Shown here: piece after piece, positions 1-10,852 of the stretch
How the letters are laid out: every line of letters starts with the position of its first letter
How positions within the stretch are numbered: the first letter of the stretch is position 1
Assembly: GCA_965279115.1 (NCBI GenBank)
Contig: OZ257137.1
Span: forward strand, 1,078,587 to 1,142,586
From: Burkholderiales bacterium
GTDB lineage: Bacteria > Pseudomonadota > Gammaproteobacteria > Burkholderiales > JAEUOS01
Length of the DNA stretch: 64,000 bases
Direction of reading: 5' to 3'
Notes under the pieces: model-generated
Database searches by the model: none
Told to the model about the DNA's origin: nothing
Seen by the model: only the letters and a program-made list of their open reading frames with translations
Position numbers and translations under genes: made by a program

Positions 1-252
1 TCGGGCGGCGAGCAGCAGCGCCTGGCAATCGCGCGGGCAATCGTGAACCGGCCCGCGATCATCATCGCCGACGAACCCACCTCCAACCTCGACGCCGACT
101 ACGCCGCCGAGATCATCGACCTGTTCGTGGCCTTCCACCAGGTGGGCGTCACGCTCATCATCGCCACCCACGACGAGTCCGCAGTCACGCGCGCAGCGGC
201 GCGCGCCACCGTGCGCAGCGTGCAGCTCAAGGGCGGCGAGGTGGTGGAATGA
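1..252 (+). CDS. ftsE: Cell-division ABC ATPase FtsE, C-terminal fragment (5' end lies outside the window)
   Basis: Frame 1 is open from nt 1. Motifs: SGGEQQRLAIARAIV (ABC signature), IIIADEPTSNLD (Walker B/D-loop), IIATHD (H-loop). The stop overlaps the ftsX start (ATGA at 249-252). Confidence 0.85.
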   Translation, partial: SGGEQQRLAIARAIVNRPAIIIADEPTSNLDADYAAEIIDLFVAFHQVGVTLIIATHDESAVTRAAARATVRSVQLKGGEVVE

Positions 253-1157
253 AGGCCTGGCTGACGCTCCACTGGATGGCGTTTGCCGGTACGCTGGCCA
301 AGCTGGGCGCGACGCCCTTCGCCACGCTGCTCAATGTGCTGGTGATTGGCGTAGCGCTGGCCTTGCCGGCCGGCGCCTACACGCTGCTTGTCAACCTGCA
401 GCAGGCCGCGCGCAACGTTTCCAGCGACCCGGAGTTCTCGGCATTCCTGTCGCTGGATGTGAAGAAGGATGACATCGCCGACCTCGACCGACGCCTGCGC
501 GCGCTACCCGGTATCGCGCGCGTCGAGTTCCGCTCGCGCGAGGCGGCGCTGGCGGAGTTTCGCAAGCATCCTTCGATGGGCGACGTGATCGCCGCGCTGG
601 ACAAGAACCCGCTGCCAGACGCCTTCATCGTGCGATTGGCCGACACCAACGCCGAAGAACTCGACCGCCTGGCCGAAAAGGTGCGCGGCTGGGCCAATGT
701 GGAACATGTGCAGGTGGATTCGGCCTGGGTGCGCCGTGTCGCCGCGGCTGTGGGACTGGGACGGGTGGCCGTCCTGATCCTGGCCGGCCTGCTCTCGTTC
801 GCACTGCTTGCCGTTACCTTCAACACCATCCGCCTGCAGATTCTTACCCAGCGGGAAGAGATCGCGGTGTCCAAGCTGCTGGGAGCGACCAACGGCACCA
901 TCCGCCGTCCGTTCTACTACTATGGCGCCTTGCTGGGCCTGCTCGGTGGCGGCGCCGCTCTGGGCATCGTGTACGGCGCGTTTTACCTCCTCAACAATAG
1001 CGTAGCGGAGTTCGCGGCCCTGTATGCCTCGGATTTCCGGCTGGGCGCGCTGCCGCCGGAGGACATGGCGTCCATCCTGGGCTTTGCCGCGGCGCTGGGC
1101 CTGGCGGGCGCCTGGCTTTCGGTCTCGCAGCACCTGCGGGAGTTTGAACCCCGCTAA
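249..1157 (+). CDS. ftsX: Cell-division permease-like protein FtsX
   Basis: 302 aa. N-terminal TM, periplasmic loop, then three C-terminal TM segments (FtsX-like permease pattern). Translationally coupled to ftsE. Confidence 0.85.
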   Translation: MKAWLTLHWMAFAGTLAKLGATPFATLLNVLVIGVALALPAGAYTLLVNLQQAARNVSSDPEFSAFLSLDVKKDDIADLDRRLRALPGIARVEFRSREAALAEFRKHPSMGDVIAALDKNPLPDAFIVRLADTNAEELDRLAEKVRGWANVEHVQVDSAWVRRVAAAVGLGRVAVLILAGLLSFALLAVTFNTIRLQILTQREEIAVSKLLGATNGTIRRPFYYYGALLGLLGGGAALGIVYGAFYLLNNSVAEFAALYASDFRLGALPPEDMASILGFAAALGLAGAWLSVSQHLREFEPR

Positions 1158-1179
1158 GCCGGGCAACGCCTCGGCACGT

Positions 1180-1791
1180 TCAGTTGCCTGCGAGCAGCAG
1201 GCGAATATCGGACACCAGCCGGTCAAGCGACGAGGCATTGTCGCCGGAGGGCGAAGGCCGCACGAACAAACGCAGACGCCCCAGCGGGTCGAACACGTAG
1301 GTGCCTGCCGAGTGGTCCATGGTGTAGCTGCCGGGCGTCTTGCCCGGCACCTTCTGGTAAAACACCTTGAAGTCCTTGGCCACCGCCGCCGTGGTGGCGG
1401 CATCGCCGAACAAGCCAACGAAGCCGGGATGGAATGCCGGCACATACTGGGCGAGCAGAGCCTGGGTATCGCGTTCCGGGTCGATGGTGATGAACAGCAC
1501 CTGCAGCTTCTGGCCGTCCGGTCCCAACCTGGAAACCACCTCGCGCATTTCGGCCAGCGCCGTAGGACACACATCGGGGCACTGGGTGAAGCCGAAGAAC
1601 ACGGTGACGACCTTGCCCTTGTAATCGGCCAGCGTGACTCTCTTCCCGTTATGGTCGGTCAGGGCAAAGCCCTTGGCATAGTCGGCGCCGGTGACGTCGG
1701 TGTTGCGGAACTGCGGCTTGCCGTCGCCGCAGCCGGCCAGTGCCACGGCCACGCAGAGAAGGAACATGCGTGCAAGACGGGACAGGGTCAT
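1180..1791 (-). CDS. SCO1/SenC copper chaperone (thioredoxin fold, lipoprotein-like signal)
   Basis: Internal start [23 protein letters not shown] (lipobox-like LAGC). CPDVCP CxxxC copper motif and a downstream conserved His (MDHSAG). The start overlaps the ctaB stop (ATGA). The longer 322-aa ORF start is rejected because it overlaps ctaB. Confidence 0.85.
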   Translation of the reverse strand: MTLSRLARMFLLCVAVALAGCGDGKPQFRNTDVTGADYAKGFALTDHNGKRVTLADYKGKVVTVFFGFTQCPDVCPTALAEMREVVSRLGPDGQKLQVLFITIDPERDTQALLAQYVPAFHPGFVGLFGDAATTAAVAKDFKVFYQKVPGKTPGSYTMDHSAGTYVFDPLGRLRLFVRPSPSGDNASSLDRLVSDIRLLLAGN

Positions 1792-2699
1792 TGACTCAGG
1801 TAGGGCTGCAGGTAGTGGTCGACCAGCAGCGCCGCGAACAGCGCCGCAAGGTAATAAAGCGAGTAGGTGAAGGTGGCGCGCGCCTGCTTGTCGCTGTACG
1901 AGAGGTAAAGCTTCGCCGCATGGCGGATGAAGCCCGCCGCCAGGATCAGCGCCGATACCAGGTACAGCCAGCCGCTCATGCGGATGACAAACGGCAGGAT
2001 GCTCACCGCACCGAGCAGTACGGTGTAGAGCAGGATGTGCAGCTGCGTGAAGCGCTGGCCGTGCGTGACCGGCAGCATCGGCAGGCCGGATTTGCGGTAG
2101 TCCTCCACGCGGTACAGGGCCAGCGCCCAGAAATGGGGAGGCGTCCACACGAAGATGATCAGCACCAGCAACACGGCCTCGGGCCCCACGTCACCGGTGA
2201 CCGCCGCCCAGCCCAGCGCCGGCGGCATCGCGCCCGACAATCCGCCGATGACGATGTTCTGCGGCGTGGTCGGCTTGAGAAGCACGGTGTAGATGAAGGA
2301 ATATCCGAAAAAGGTGGCGATGGTGAGCCACATCGTCAGCGCATTGACCCATGCCAGCAGCAAGGCGCTGCCGATGGCGGCGAGCAGCAGGGCGAACACC
2401 AGCGCCTGTGCGGTGCTGACTTCACCGCGCGCCATCGGGCGCGCGCGGGTACGCGCCATTTGCGCGTCGATGCGCTGTTCGATCAGGCAATTGACAGCGA
2501 ACGCGCCGCCGGCCAGCAGCCATATGCCCGCCGTGCCGGCGAACAGCACGGCAGGCTCGACCATGCCGGGCGTGGCGAGAAACATGCCGATCACGGCGCA
2601 GAACACCGCCAGCATGGTCACGCGCGGCTTGGTCAGTTCGGCGAACTGGCGAATCCGTTGGCTGGCTGATGGCGCGCGCTCGGCGCTGGAGACTTGCAT
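1788..2699 (-). CDS. ctaB: Protoheme IX farnesyltransferase (heme O synthase)
   Basis: 303 aa polytopic UbiA-family protein (ELTKPRVT, multiple TM segments). Sits next to ctaA and the cox genes. Confidence 0.9.
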   Translation of the reverse strand: MQVSSAERAPSASQRIRQFAELTKPRVTMLAVFCAVIGMFLATPGMVEPAVLFAGTAGIWLLAGGAFAVNCLIEQRIDAQMARTRARPMARGEVSTAQALVFALLLAAIGSALLLAWVNALTMWLTIATFFGYSFIYTVLLKPTTPQNIVIGGLSGAMPPALGWAAVTGDVGPEAVLLVLIIFVWTPPHFWALALYRVEDYRKSGLPMLPVTHGQRFTQLHILLYTVLLGAVSILPFVIRMSGWLYLVSALILAAGFIRHAAKLYLSYSDKQARATFTYSLYYLAALFAALLVDHYLQPYLSQ

Positions 2700-2703
2700 G
2701 GGT

Positions 2704-3819
2704 TCAGGTGGCCCGCGCCAGGCTTGTTGCGACGGGCGTCGGCTCGGCAGCGGCGAGCCGCGAGTTTAACAGCGCAAGCACCGCCGCAAGGGCGGCCGCG
2801 CCGCCGTTATGCACCACGGCCACCGCCAGCGGCCAGGCGAACACCACATTCGAAACGCCGGTCAGTATCTGCAGCGTGAGCAGGCCAACCAGCGTCATCG
2901 CCATCCCGCCGCACATCGCGGAACGCGCGCTTTCGCGCCATAGTCGTGCCGCAAGCCATACAAGTGCCACCGTGACGACCAGCGCAAAAACCCGATGCGC
3001 CCAGTGGATGGCCACCAGGGCCTGCACCGGCAGGAAGGTTCCGTCATCGTTCATTCCGAGCGGGCGGGTGAGGTCGAAGCCGCGCGCGAAATCGACTTCG
3101 GGCATCAGGGAACCGTTGCACAGCGGAAAGTCCTGGCAAGCCAGCACTGCGTAGTTGGTGCTGACCCAGCCGCCCAGCGCGATCTGCGCGAACACCAGCA
3201 GAAGGACCAGAAGGGCCGCGGGGCGCAAGCGTGCCGCGACATCGGTCGGCACCGCCATCGGTTCGGTGCGCGCGGCCAGCGCCGCTAGCGCGCACAGCAG
3301 CAGCACGCCCAGCAGCAGGTGCACCGTCACAATCACCGGCATGAGCTTCAACGTGACGGTCCACGCGCCGAACGCGCCCTGTATGCATACCAGCACGAAC
3401 AGGCCGGTGGCCGGCCAGGGTGAACGCGCGAACCGGCTCCGCCTGACCCAAGCGAGCGCCATGAGGACGGTGATCAGTGCGCCCACGCCCATGGCGAAAT
3501 AGCGATGCAGCATTTCGATCCACGCCTTGGTGAATGTCACCGGACCGGTGGGCATGGCGGCTTCGGCGGCACGGATCTGCTCGGCGGCGGCAAGCGGATT
3601 CGAATGACCATAGCACCCGGGCCAGTCGGGACAGCCAAGCCCGGAGTCGGTGAGTCGGGTGAAGGCGCCGAACATGATCAAGTCGAAAGTCAGGAAGGCG
3701 GTGATCCACACCAGTTTGCGGTACTTGTCCGCGTCGCCCCTCACCCACACCCAGGCGAGCGGCATGGCGGCGACCATCAGGCCGACTGCCAACAACTGCA
3801 TGAGCGCGAACGCGTTCAT
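2704..3819 (-). CDS. ctaA: Heme A synthase (COX15/CtaA)
   Basis: 371 aa, about 8 TM segments. Conserved [10 protein letters not shown] cysteine loop and His-containing helices typical of COX15/CtaA. Confidence 0.85.
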   Translation of the reverse strand: MNAFALMQLLAVGLMVAAMPLAWVWVRGDADKYRKLVWITAFLTFDLIMFGAFTRLTDSGLGCPDWPGCYGHSNPLAAAEQIRAAEAAMPTGPVTFTKAWIEMLHRYFAMGVGALITVLMALAWVRRSRFARSPWPATGLFVLVCIQGAFGAWTVTLKLMPVIVTVHLLLGVLLLCALAALAARTEPMAVPTDVAARLRPAALLVLLLVFAQIALGGWVSTNYAVLACQDFPLCNGSLMPEVDFARGFDLTRPLGMNDDGTFLPVQALVAIHWAHRVFALVVTVALVWLAARLWRESARSAMCGGMAMTLVGLLTLQILTGVSNVVFAWPLAVAVVHNGGAAALAAVLALLNSRLAAAEPTPVATSLARAT

Positions 3820-4427
3820 CAGCCTATCCTTGAATACTTGAGCAAGCGACTCAGGTCCTTGCTCATCTTCATGGGATCAGCCCCCTTCGGATAGCGCAGC
3901 ACCAGATTCCCCAACGGGTCGATCAGGTATATATGGTCCGCACGCACCCCATCGGCGGGGAAGGCGTTGGCTACCGACGAACCCCCAGCACGAAGCATCC
4001 TGGTTCCGTCATATTCCCGGATGATCTGGGTGGTTAGCGGCACCTCGTCGATGATGATCCAGGCTCTTTCCAGCCGGTCGCGCTCCTTGCCTTGCATGGT
4101 GCGCAGCTGGCGCATCTTGAAGAGCTTGTCGGTGCAGTCTTTGGCGCATGCGCCGCCGTCGAATGTAAGCAGGACCCACTTGCCCCTGAAATCCGAAAGG
4201 CGAAAAGGCTTGCCGTCAAGCAGGGCGAGTGGCACCTCGGGAACCGCCTTCACCGGTTCGACAAGGGTGCCATAGTTGACTCGGCCCTCAGGGCGGAAAA
4301 AATAGAATGTGACGTAGGACGCAATGACGGGCGTGGCGCATACCAGGAATAGCAGCAGCATCTTGATGCGCCCGGCGATCATGGCTTCGCGGTATGCGTC
4401 TTCACGTGTCTCTAGATGGCTTGTCAT
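3819..4427 (-). CDS. Membrane-anchored SCO-like thioredoxin-fold protein (second SCO paralog in the cluster)
   Basis: One N-terminal TM, then a thioredoxin-like fold with CAKDC (CxxxC). Lies between SURF1 and ctaA. The start is uncertain: ATG at 4427 overlaps the SURF1 end by 26 nt; an alternative ATG is at 4382. Confidence 0.6.
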   Translation of the reverse strand: MTSHLETREDAYREAMIAGRIKMLLLFLVCATPVIASYVTFYFFRPEGRVNYGTLVEPVKAVPEVPLALLDGKPFRLSDFRGKWVLLTFDGGACAKDCTDKLFKMRQLRTMQGKERDRLERAWIIIDEVPLTTQIIREYDGTRMLRAGGSSVANAFPADGVRADHIYLIDPLGNLVLRYPKGADPMKMSKDLSRLLKYSRIG

Positions 4428-5148
4428 GGCGAAAGAAGGTAAAGAACAGGAACAGTCCGAGGGTCAGCAAGGCGAGCGAATACCACTGGAAGGCATACCC
4501 GCGGTGCTTCGCCGCCGTCATGCCGGCATCGCTTGTGGGGCCCGCGTCCGGTGCGCGGATCAGGCCGTCACCGCCGGCATCGCCGATCTGGCGCAGGATG
4601 AATGGCTGCACATCAAGGCCGGTGCGGGCGGCGAATTTTTCAGGGGTGAGGTTTTGCCACAGGCTGCCGGCATCGGTATTTTCCTTGAGTTCCAGCGTGC
4701 GCCGCGGCGCGATGTATGCCCGCCCACGGATCTCGACCAGGCCGGCCGGAGTGGCAACGGCCGGCAGTTTCGAACGATCCGCCCCCGGCTGGACAAGACC
4801 CCGATCGACGAGGATCAGTTTGCCCCCACCTGCCGGCCTGAGCGGCGTGATCACCGCCAAGCCGGAGACGCGTCCGGCGAACCGGTTGTCCCAGTAGACT
4901 GTCGAGGCCGCCATAAATTCCCCGCGCACCACCAATTTGCGACCATCCACCGCCTCGGCCGTCAATGCAGCGCCACCGACAAGCACTTCAACGGCGTCGC
5001 GCCCTGCGGCCGCGCGGGCTTCGAGTTGGTCCTTCTCCAGCGCGCGAGCGCTTTGCCAGTTTCCGGCCCACGAGGCAAGCGCGATGATGACGGCCGTTGC
5101 GATTGCAGGTAAAAATCGGAACTCCGGGCGGGTACGCAGGCGAATCAT
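4402..5148 (-). CDS. SURF1 family cytochrome oxidase biogenesis protein
   Basis: Start chosen at MIRLRTRPEF. N- and C-terminal TM segments flank a periplasmic domain (WQ..R...K pattern, C-terminal YAFQWY). The position matches SURF1 in aa3 clusters. Confidence 0.8.
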   Translation of the reverse strand: MIRLRTRPEFRFLPAIATAVIIALASWAGNWQSARALEKDQLEARAAAGRDAVEVLVGGAALTAEAVDGRKLVVRGEFMAASTVYWDNRFAGRVSGLAVITPLRPAGGGKLILVDRGLVQPGADRSKLPAVATPAGLVEIRGRAYIAPRRTLELKENTDAGSLWQNLTPEKFAARTGLDVQPFILRQIGDAGGDGLIRAPDAGPTSDAGMTAAKHRGYAFQWYSLALLTLGLFLFFTFFRHDKPSRDT

Positions 5149-5226
5149 GGGGGGCTCTGAAGCGCGCACAATAGCGCGTGCCCGACCCGCGTGGCAGCGT
5201 GCCACGCTCCATAGCCGGATACTTCA

Positions 5227-5430
5227 ATGAAACTCATTCCTGCATTCATTCTCGTGGCCATCCTGGCCAGCCTGGGCTCCGCACTGTATTTCATGATCAA
5301 GGACGGCAGCCGGACGCGCCGCACCGTGCAGGCCCTCACCGTACGCATTTCGCTTTCTGTCGCCCTGTTCCTGTTTCTCATGTTCGGCTACTGGATGGGG
5401 TGGTTCGTGCCGAACCAGCGTCCGTTCTAG
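5227..5430 (+). CDS. Twin-transmembrane small protein (DUF2909-like)
   Basis: 67 aa with two hydrophobic helices. It is the only plus-strand gene embedded in the cox cluster, as in other betaproteobacterial cox loci (family call from memory). Confidence 0.65.
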   Translation: MKLIPAFILVAILASLGSALYFMIKDGSRTRRTVQALTVRISLSVALFLFLMFGYWMGWFVPNQRPF

Positions 5431-5512
5431 GCCGCCCGCGGCGCGCTTTCAGGAGCCCAATGAAAAACGCCGCACTCGCGTGCGGCGCTTCGCTGGCGCG
5501 TAGAACAGCGCC

Positions 5513-6376
5513 TTACATCCAGTAGACGACGATATAAAGGCCCAGCCAAACAACGTCGACGAAGTGCCAGTACCACGCCGCACCTTCGAAAGCGAAGTGA
5601 TGATCCGGCTTGAAGTGTCCCTTCAGACAGCGAAACCACACCACCGTCAGCATGATGGCGCCAACCGTCACGTGGAAACCGTGGAACCCGGTCAGCATGA
5701 AAAAGGTCGAGCCATAGATCCCGGATGAAAGCTTGAGGTTCAAATCCGAATAGGCGTGTGCATACTCGTACCCTTGGCAGCCCAGGAAGACCACGCCGAG
5801 GGCGATGGTCAGGAAAAGAAAAAGGTTGAGCACGCCACGCTTGTTGTCCTTCAAGGCATGGTGCGCGATGGTCAGCGTGACGCCAGAAGTCAACAGCAGG
5901 ATGGTATTGATGGTGGGTAGCCAGAACGGGCCCATGGCCGTGAAGGGCTCGCCATACTCCGGCCCGGCTGTGGGCCAAATCGCCTTGAAGTCCGGCCAGA
6001 CCATGCGCTGGTCGAGTTCGCCGAGCCAGGGCACCGAAATCTGGCGCGCGTAGAAAAGGGCGCCGAAAAACGCCGCGAAGAACATGACTTCGGAAAAGAT
6101 GAACCAGCCCATGCTCCAGCGGAACGAGAGGTCGACCTTGCCGGAATACTGACCGCCTTCGGATTCACCTGCGACGGTGCCGAACCAGCCGAACAGCATG
6201 TAAATCAGGAAGGCGAACCCCAGCCCGACCGCATACACGCCAGGCATCATGCCGTTGATCCAGGTGGCCGCGCCTATGGCCATGAGGAACAATGCAATGG
6301 AGCCCTTGATGGGCCAGGAGGACGGCTGCGGTATGAAATAGTCCGGAGTCGTTCCGTGTGCGGCTGGTGCGCTCAT
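5513..6376 (-). CDS. ctaE: Cytochrome c oxidase subunit III
   Basis: 287 aa, 7-TM pattern. C-terminal motifs FHGFHVTVG and WYWHFVDVVW are typical of subunit III. Confidence 0.92.
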   Translation of the reverse strand: MSAPAAHGTTPDYFIPQPSSWPIKGSIALFLMAIGAATWINGMMPGVYAVGLGFAFLIYMLFGWFGTVAGESEGGQYSGKVDLSFRWSMGWFIFSEVMFFAAFFGALFYARQISVPWLGELDQRMVWPDFKAIWPTAGPEYGEPFTAMGPFWLPTINTILLLTSGVTLTIAHHALKDNKRGVLNLFLFLTIALGVVFLGCQGYEYAHAYSDLNLKLSSGIYGSTFFMLTGFHGFHVTVGAIMLTVVWFRCLKGHFKPDHHFAFEGAAWYWHFVDVVWLGLYIVVYWM

Positions 6377-6431
6377 GCTTCTTTCTCCTCGCGTCGTTCA
6401 CTGACGGCGCTTATCGTTACTGCGATCAACA

Positions 6432-6605
6432 CTACTTTGCGGTCACAATCCGGACCAACACCACCAGCGCCGCGACAAAAACCGCCGCGCCGAAAATCCC
6501 TGCGATGATTGCCTGCCTGGGGCTGATCTTCGCGACATCGTCGTCATAGCCTGCCGACTTGCGAATGCCAATAAACGACCATAGCACTGCGCGCATGGCC
6601 TGCAT
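6432..6605 (-). CDS. Small membrane protein (DUF2970-like)
   Basis: 57 aa beginning MQAMRAVLWSFIGIRK, with one C-terminal TM. The longer ORF in this frame (to 7067) overlaps ctaG and is rejected. Confidence 0.6.
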   Translation of the reverse strand: MQAMRAVLWSFIGIRKSAGYDDDVAKISPRQAIIAGIFGAAVFVAALVVLVRIVTAK

Positions 6606-6640
6606 GGGCGACGCCGTTCCTCGCGGCTTGCCCTCCCCGC

Positions 6641-7192
6641 TCAAGAGTTGCCCTTCCCGGCGATCTCGAAGAACGTGTACGACAGCGTGATCGTCGTCAC
6701 GTCTTTCGTCATGTCGGGATCGATCACGAACACCACCGGAAATTGCCTGGACTCTCCAGCCGCGAGGGTCTGCTGCTTGAAGCAGAAACACTCGAGCTTC
6801 TTGAAATATTGTGACGCCGCCTTCGGCGCATAACTCGGGATCGCCTGGCCGGTCATGGGGCGATCGGTGAGATTGGTCACCTCGTACATCACCTGCACCA
6901 GTTCGCCCGGATGCACCTGCGTGCTGCCCGACACCGGCCGGAAACGCCACGGCATATTGTTCGAATTGGCGTCGAACTCGATGGTGACCTTGCGGGTCAG
7001 GTCGACCTGCGTGTTGGTTGGGCGCGCATCTGCCTTGACCAGCTGGTTGATCCCGGTGATCTCGCAAATCGTCTTGTAGAACGGCACCAGCGCGTAGCCA
7101 AATCCGCCCATGAGCACCACCACCACGAGAAGCTTCTTGAGCGTTTCGCGGTTGCCGGCGGTTTGTGCGGTTTGTTCGGATTGTGCCGTCAT
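6641..7192 (-). CDS. ctaG: Cytochrome c oxidase assembly protein CtaG/Cox11
   Basis: 183 aa. N-terminal TM plus a soluble domain carrying the CFCF copper-binding motif (LECFCFKQQ). Confidence 0.88.
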   Translation of the reverse strand: MTAQSEQTAQTAGNRETLKKLLVVVVLMGGFGYALVPFYKTICEITGINQLVKADARPTNTQVDLTRKVTIEFDANSNNMPWRFRPVSGSTQVHPGELVQVMYEVTNLTDRPMTGQAIPSYAPKAASQYFKKLECFCFKQQTLAAGESRQFPVVFVIDPDMTKDVTTITLSYTFFEIAGKGNS

Positions 7193-7199
7193 GTTTGCC

Positions 7200-7319
7200 T
7201 CAGCCGAACAGTACCCGCTTGCCGATCACGCCCAGGAAGAAGACAAACGCGATCGACACCAGCACCACGGCTGTGCGGCCATTGCTGCGGGGTGCGGTCG
7301 GTCCGGTCTGGTTCGACAT
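7200..7319 (-). CDS. 39-aa single-TM protein (cytochrome oxidase small assembly protein-like)
   Basis: Hand-translated: MSNQTGPTAPRSNGRTAVVLVSIAFVFFLGVIGKRVLFG. It is below the ORF-track length cutoff and fills the ctaD-ctaG gap exactly. No strong SD is visible. Confidence 0.55.
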   Translation of the reverse strand: MSNQTGPTAPRSNGRTAVVLVSIAFVFFLGVIGKRVLFG

Positions 7320-7361
7320 GGTTCCGAGGAAGTGCGCGCGGCGATGGATTCCGAAATCCCC

Positions 7362-8957
7362 TTACTTTACCTGCGGAGCGGTCTCGAAAGTGTGATATGG
7401 CGCCGGCGACGGAACGCTCCATTCCAGGCCCTCCGCACCCTCCCAGGGATTGGCCGCGGCCTTGGTGCCGCCCTTGATCGCCTTGATGACCACCGCCAGC
7501 AGAATGAGCTGCGAGAAACCGAAACCAAACGCGCCGATCGAGGCGATCATGTTGAAGTCCGCGAACTGGGTTGCGTAGTCCGGGATGCGACGCGGCATGC
7601 CGGCCAGGCCGAGGAAGTGCATCGGGAAGAAGGTGATGTTGAAGAAGATCATCGAGCACCAGAAATGCAGCTTGGCCAAGCCTTCGTCGTACATGTAGCC
7701 GGTCCACTTGGGCAGCCAGAAATACACGCCTGAGAACATCGCAAACAGCGAACCGGCCACCAGCACATAGTGGAAATGCGCCACGACGTAGTAAGTGTCC
7801 TGAAGCTGGATATCGACCGGAGTGACCGCCAGGATAAGGCCGGTGAAGCCGCCCATGGTGAACACGAAGATGAAACCGACCGCAAACAGCATCGGGGTCT
7901 CGAAGGTCATCGAACCACGCCACATGGTGGCGATCCAGTTGAACACCTTCACGCCCGTGGGCACGGCGATCAGCATGGTCGCGTACATGAAAAACAGCTG
8001 GCCGGCCGCCGGCATACCGGTGGTGAACATGTGGTGCGCCCAGACGATGAACGAGAGGATCGCGATCGACGAGGTGGCGTACACCATCGAGGCATAGCCG
8101 AACAGCTGCTTGCGGGCGAAGGCGGGGACCACATGGCTGATGATGCCGAAGGCAGGCAGGATCATGATGTAGACCTCGGGATGGCCGAAGAACCAGAAGA
8201 TGTGCTGGTACATGACCGGGTCGCCGCCGCCGGCGGCGTTGAAGAACGAGGTGCCGAAGTGGCGATCGGTGAGCACCATGGTGATGGCGCCGGCCAGAAC
8301 GGGCATGACGGCGATCAGCAGGTAAGCGGTGATGAGCCACGTCCAGCAGAACATCGGCATCTTCATCAGCGTCATGCCGGGCGCGCGCATGTTGAGGATG
8401 GTGGTGATGATGTTGATGGAGCCCATGATCGACGATGCGCCCATGATGTGCATGGCGAAGATGCCCAGGTCCATGCCAAGGCCCATCTGCGTCGAGAGGG
8501 GCGCATAGAGCGTCCAGCCGGCGGCGGTGGCGCCACCAGGCACGAAGAAGGAAATCACCAGCAGGGCGGCGGCCGGAACCAGCAGCCAGAACGACCAGTT
8601 GTTCATGCGCGCGAACGCCATGTCGGGCGCACCGATCTGCAGCGGGATCATCCAGTTGGCGAAACCCACGAAGGCCGGCATGATCGCGCCGAACACCATG
8701 ATCAGGCCGTGCATGGTGGTGAACTGGTTGAACATCTCCGGGCGCCAGTATTGCAGGCCGGGCTGGAAAAGCTCGGCGCGGATGCACAGCGCAAGCACGC
8801 CGCCGACCATCAGCATGGCGAAGGAGAACCACAGGTACAGGGTGCCGATATCCTTGTGATTGGTGGTCATGACCCAGCGCATCAGGCCGGACGGCGGGCC
8901 GTGGTGGTGGTCTTCGTGATCGTGGGCGTGGCCGTGATTGTCGAGAACTGCGCTCAT
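7362..8957 (-). CDS. ctaD: Cytochrome c oxidase subunit I
   Basis: 531 aa, 12-TM. Canonical heme-copper motifs are present ([20 protein letters not shown]). Confidence 0.97.
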   Translation of the reverse strand: MSAVLDNHGHAHDHEDHHHGPPSGLMRWVMTTNHKDIGTLYLWFSFAMLMVGGVLALCIRAELFQPGLQYWRPEMFNQFTTMHGLIMVFGAIMPAFVGFANWMIPLQIGAPDMAFARMNNWSFWLLVPAAALLVISFFVPGGATAAGWTLYAPLSTQMGLGMDLGIFAMHIMGASSIMGSINIITTILNMRAPGMTLMKMPMFCWTWLITAYLLIAVMPVLAGAITMVLTDRHFGTSFFNAAGGGDPVMYQHIFWFFGHPEVYIMILPAFGIISHVVPAFARKQLFGYASMVYATSSIAILSFIVWAHHMFTTGMPAAGQLFFMYATMLIAVPTGVKVFNWIATMWRGSMTFETPMLFAVGFIFVFTMGGFTGLILAVTPVDIQLQDTYYVVAHFHYVLVAGSLFAMFSGVYFWLPKWTGYMYDEGLAKLHFWCSMIFFNITFFPMHFLGLAGMPRRIPDYATQFADFNMIASIGAFGFGFSQLILLAVVIKAIKGGTKAAANPWEGAEGLEWSVPSPAPYHTFETAPQVK

Positions 8958-9006
8958 GATTGCCTCTGCGGGTATGACGTGATCGTTGACGTGTCTGGTG
9001 TGCGGC

Positions 9007-10218
9007 TTATTGCGGCTTGGCGGCGAGCTGGCTCAGCTTGGCCGCATCCCAGGCCTTGGCGGCCTTGATGTCGGCAGGCATCGCGATGTCATCGGACTTG
9101 TTGCCCCAGCTGTTGCGTGTGTAGGCGATGACCGCCGCCAGTTCGACATCCGACAGGCTCTTGAACGAAGCCATCGCGGTGCCCTGGCGGCCGTTGATGA
9201 GCACGGCGACCTGGTTGTCCTTCGGGCCCTGCACCACCTTGGCGCCATCGAGCGGCGGGAAGGCGGGCGGGGTCCCCTTGCCGGTGGCCTGGTGGCAGGC
9301 CACGCAGGCGGCGGCATAGACCTTTTCACCACGCGCGACCAGCTCGGCCTTGGTCCACTGCTTGTTCGGGTCGTCCATCTTGGCGGCCATCAACTTTTTC
9401 TGCTCCTCGACCCACTTGGAGTAATCGGCCTCCGACTTGACGTTGACGACAATGGGCATGAAACCGTGCTCCTTGCCGCACAGTTCGGCGCACTGGCCAC
9501 GGTATATGCCGACCTTGTCGGCCTTGAACCAGGTGTCGCGGATGAAGCCGGGGATCGCGTCCTGCTTGACGCCGAAGGCGGGAATCATCCAGGCGTGGAT
9601 CACATCCTGCGCGGTGGTCAGGATGCGGACCTTCTTGCCCACCGGGACAACAACCTCGTTGTCCACCTCAAGCATGTAATTGATGCCCTTTTCGGCCTTG
9701 CCCTCTATCTGGTCGACCGGCGTGGACAGGCTCGAATAGAAGCTGATGCCTTCGCCTTCGCCCTTGACGTAGTCATAGCCCCACTTCCACTGGTAGCCGG
9801 TGGCCTTGATGGTGAGGTCGGCGTTGGAAGTGTCCTTCATCGCCAGTACCGTCTTGGTCGCCAGGGCGGCCATGACGATGACGATGATCATCGGAACGAC
9901 CGTCCAGGCGATTTCCACGGTGGTGCTCTCATGGAAGGTTGCCGGCTTGTGCCCCTTGGATTTGCGATGCGCGTACACGGAGTAGAACATCACGCCGAAA
10001 ACCGCGACGAAAATCACCGCGCAGATCGCGAGCATCACGATGTGGAGGTCGTAGATCTGGCTGGCGATCGTCGTTACCGGTGGCGCCAGATTGAGCTGGT
10101 TTACCGCCGGCCCGCCAGGCATGTCGCCCGTGGCTGCGCTGGCGATGCCGGTTGCGAGCGCCAGCGAAACGCCGGCGGCATACAAGGTCTTGCTGCAAGA
10201 GGTTGCTACGCCCATCAT
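9007..10218 (-). CDS. ctaC: Cytochrome c oxidase subunit II with fused C-terminal cytochrome c domain
   Basis: 403 aa. CuA site HAWMIP...[13 protein letters not shown]-terminal CVACH heme c motif. Confidence 0.95.
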   Translation of the reverse strand: MMGVATSCSKTLYAAGVSLALATGIASAATGDMPGGPAVNQLNLAPPVTTIASQIYDLHIVMLAICAVIFVAVFGVMFYSVYAHRKSKGHKPATFHESTTVEIAWTVVPMIIVIVMAALATKTVLAMKDTSNADLTIKATGYQWKWGYDYVKGEGEGISFYSSLSTPVDQIEGKAEKGINYMLEVDNEVVVPVGKKVRILTTAQDVIHAWMIPAFGVKQDAIPGFIRDTWFKADKVGIYRGQCAELCGKEHGFMPIVVNVKSEADYSKWVEEQKKLMAAKMDDPNKQWTKAELVARGEKVYAAACVACHQATGKGTPPAFPPLDGAKVVQGPKDNQVAVLINGRQGTAMASFKSLSDVELAAVIAYTRNSWGNKSDDIAMPADIKAAKAWDAAKLSQLAAKPQ

Positions 10219-10298
10219 GTCCTCAGTCGCGATTGATTATGTGTGTTCATGGTCCGGAGGTGCCTGGCCTGCTGCCACAGCGCTCCCGGTTGTCAAGT

Positions 10299-10790
10299 TC
10301 AAGCGTTGGACGCCCCACGCAGGGCCGCCCCGAATTCGTTTGCAAAGGCCAGGCGTCGCTCGAATCCCAGATGCCGCCCCAGTTCAACCTGTTTTCCGGA
10401 CTGCGAAAGCAGTACTTTCACCCCCGCAGGCTGGCGCAACACCGAAAGCCGCGCCCAGCGGGGGTTGAATTCCTGCACACTTCGCGTGCTGCCGTTGCCA
10501 TGCTCGATGGTCACCATCCGGGGGCCCACGGAAATCCGCTCAAATTCACCCGCGCGCCTGCCACAGGCGAAAAAGGCGTAACCCACCACCAGCATTTCCA
10601 GGCCGGCAAAGGGAAGAATCAACCACGGTCCATACGAGGCAAAAGCTACGCCGAACCCGAAGGAAAGAGCAACCAGACTCGCGAAAACCGCGATCAGTCC
10701 GCGCGGTCCGATCGAACAATTCCGCCGCGACAGGAATTCGACATTTCCATGCTGCGACGCAAAAGTTGAGTCCAACTCTTGATGTTTCAT
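10299..10790 (-). CDS. Integral membrane protein (DUF2244-like) heading the cox operon
   Basis: 163 aa. Two adjacent TM helices followed by a soluble domain. Lies immediately upstream of ctaC. Family assignment is from memory of cox-linked DUF2244 genes. Confidence 0.6.
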   Translation of the reverse strand: MKHQELDSTFASQHGNVEFLSRRNCSIGPRGLIAVFASLVALSFGFGVAFASYGPWLILPFAGLEMLVVGYAFFACGRRAGEFERISVGPRMVTIEHGNGSTRSVQEFNPRWARLSVLRQPAGVKVLLSQSGKQVELGRHLGFERRLAFANEFGAALRGASNA

Positions 10791-10852
10791 TTATATGAAC
10801 ACTCACACTTCAGGCGGCGAGTTGTCTTGTTTGTGCACCCCGTAATCTGAAA

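Noticed and set aside
7189-10236. Very long ORFs on the opposite strand or in other frames of ctaD/ctaC (7189-8832 minus frame 2, 7770-9068 plus, 8986-10236 plus).
   Set aside because: Their translations are Arg/Gly/His/Asp-rich low-complexity sequences typical of stop-poor frames in high-GC DNA. The overlapping frames encode unmistakable oxidase subunits I and II.
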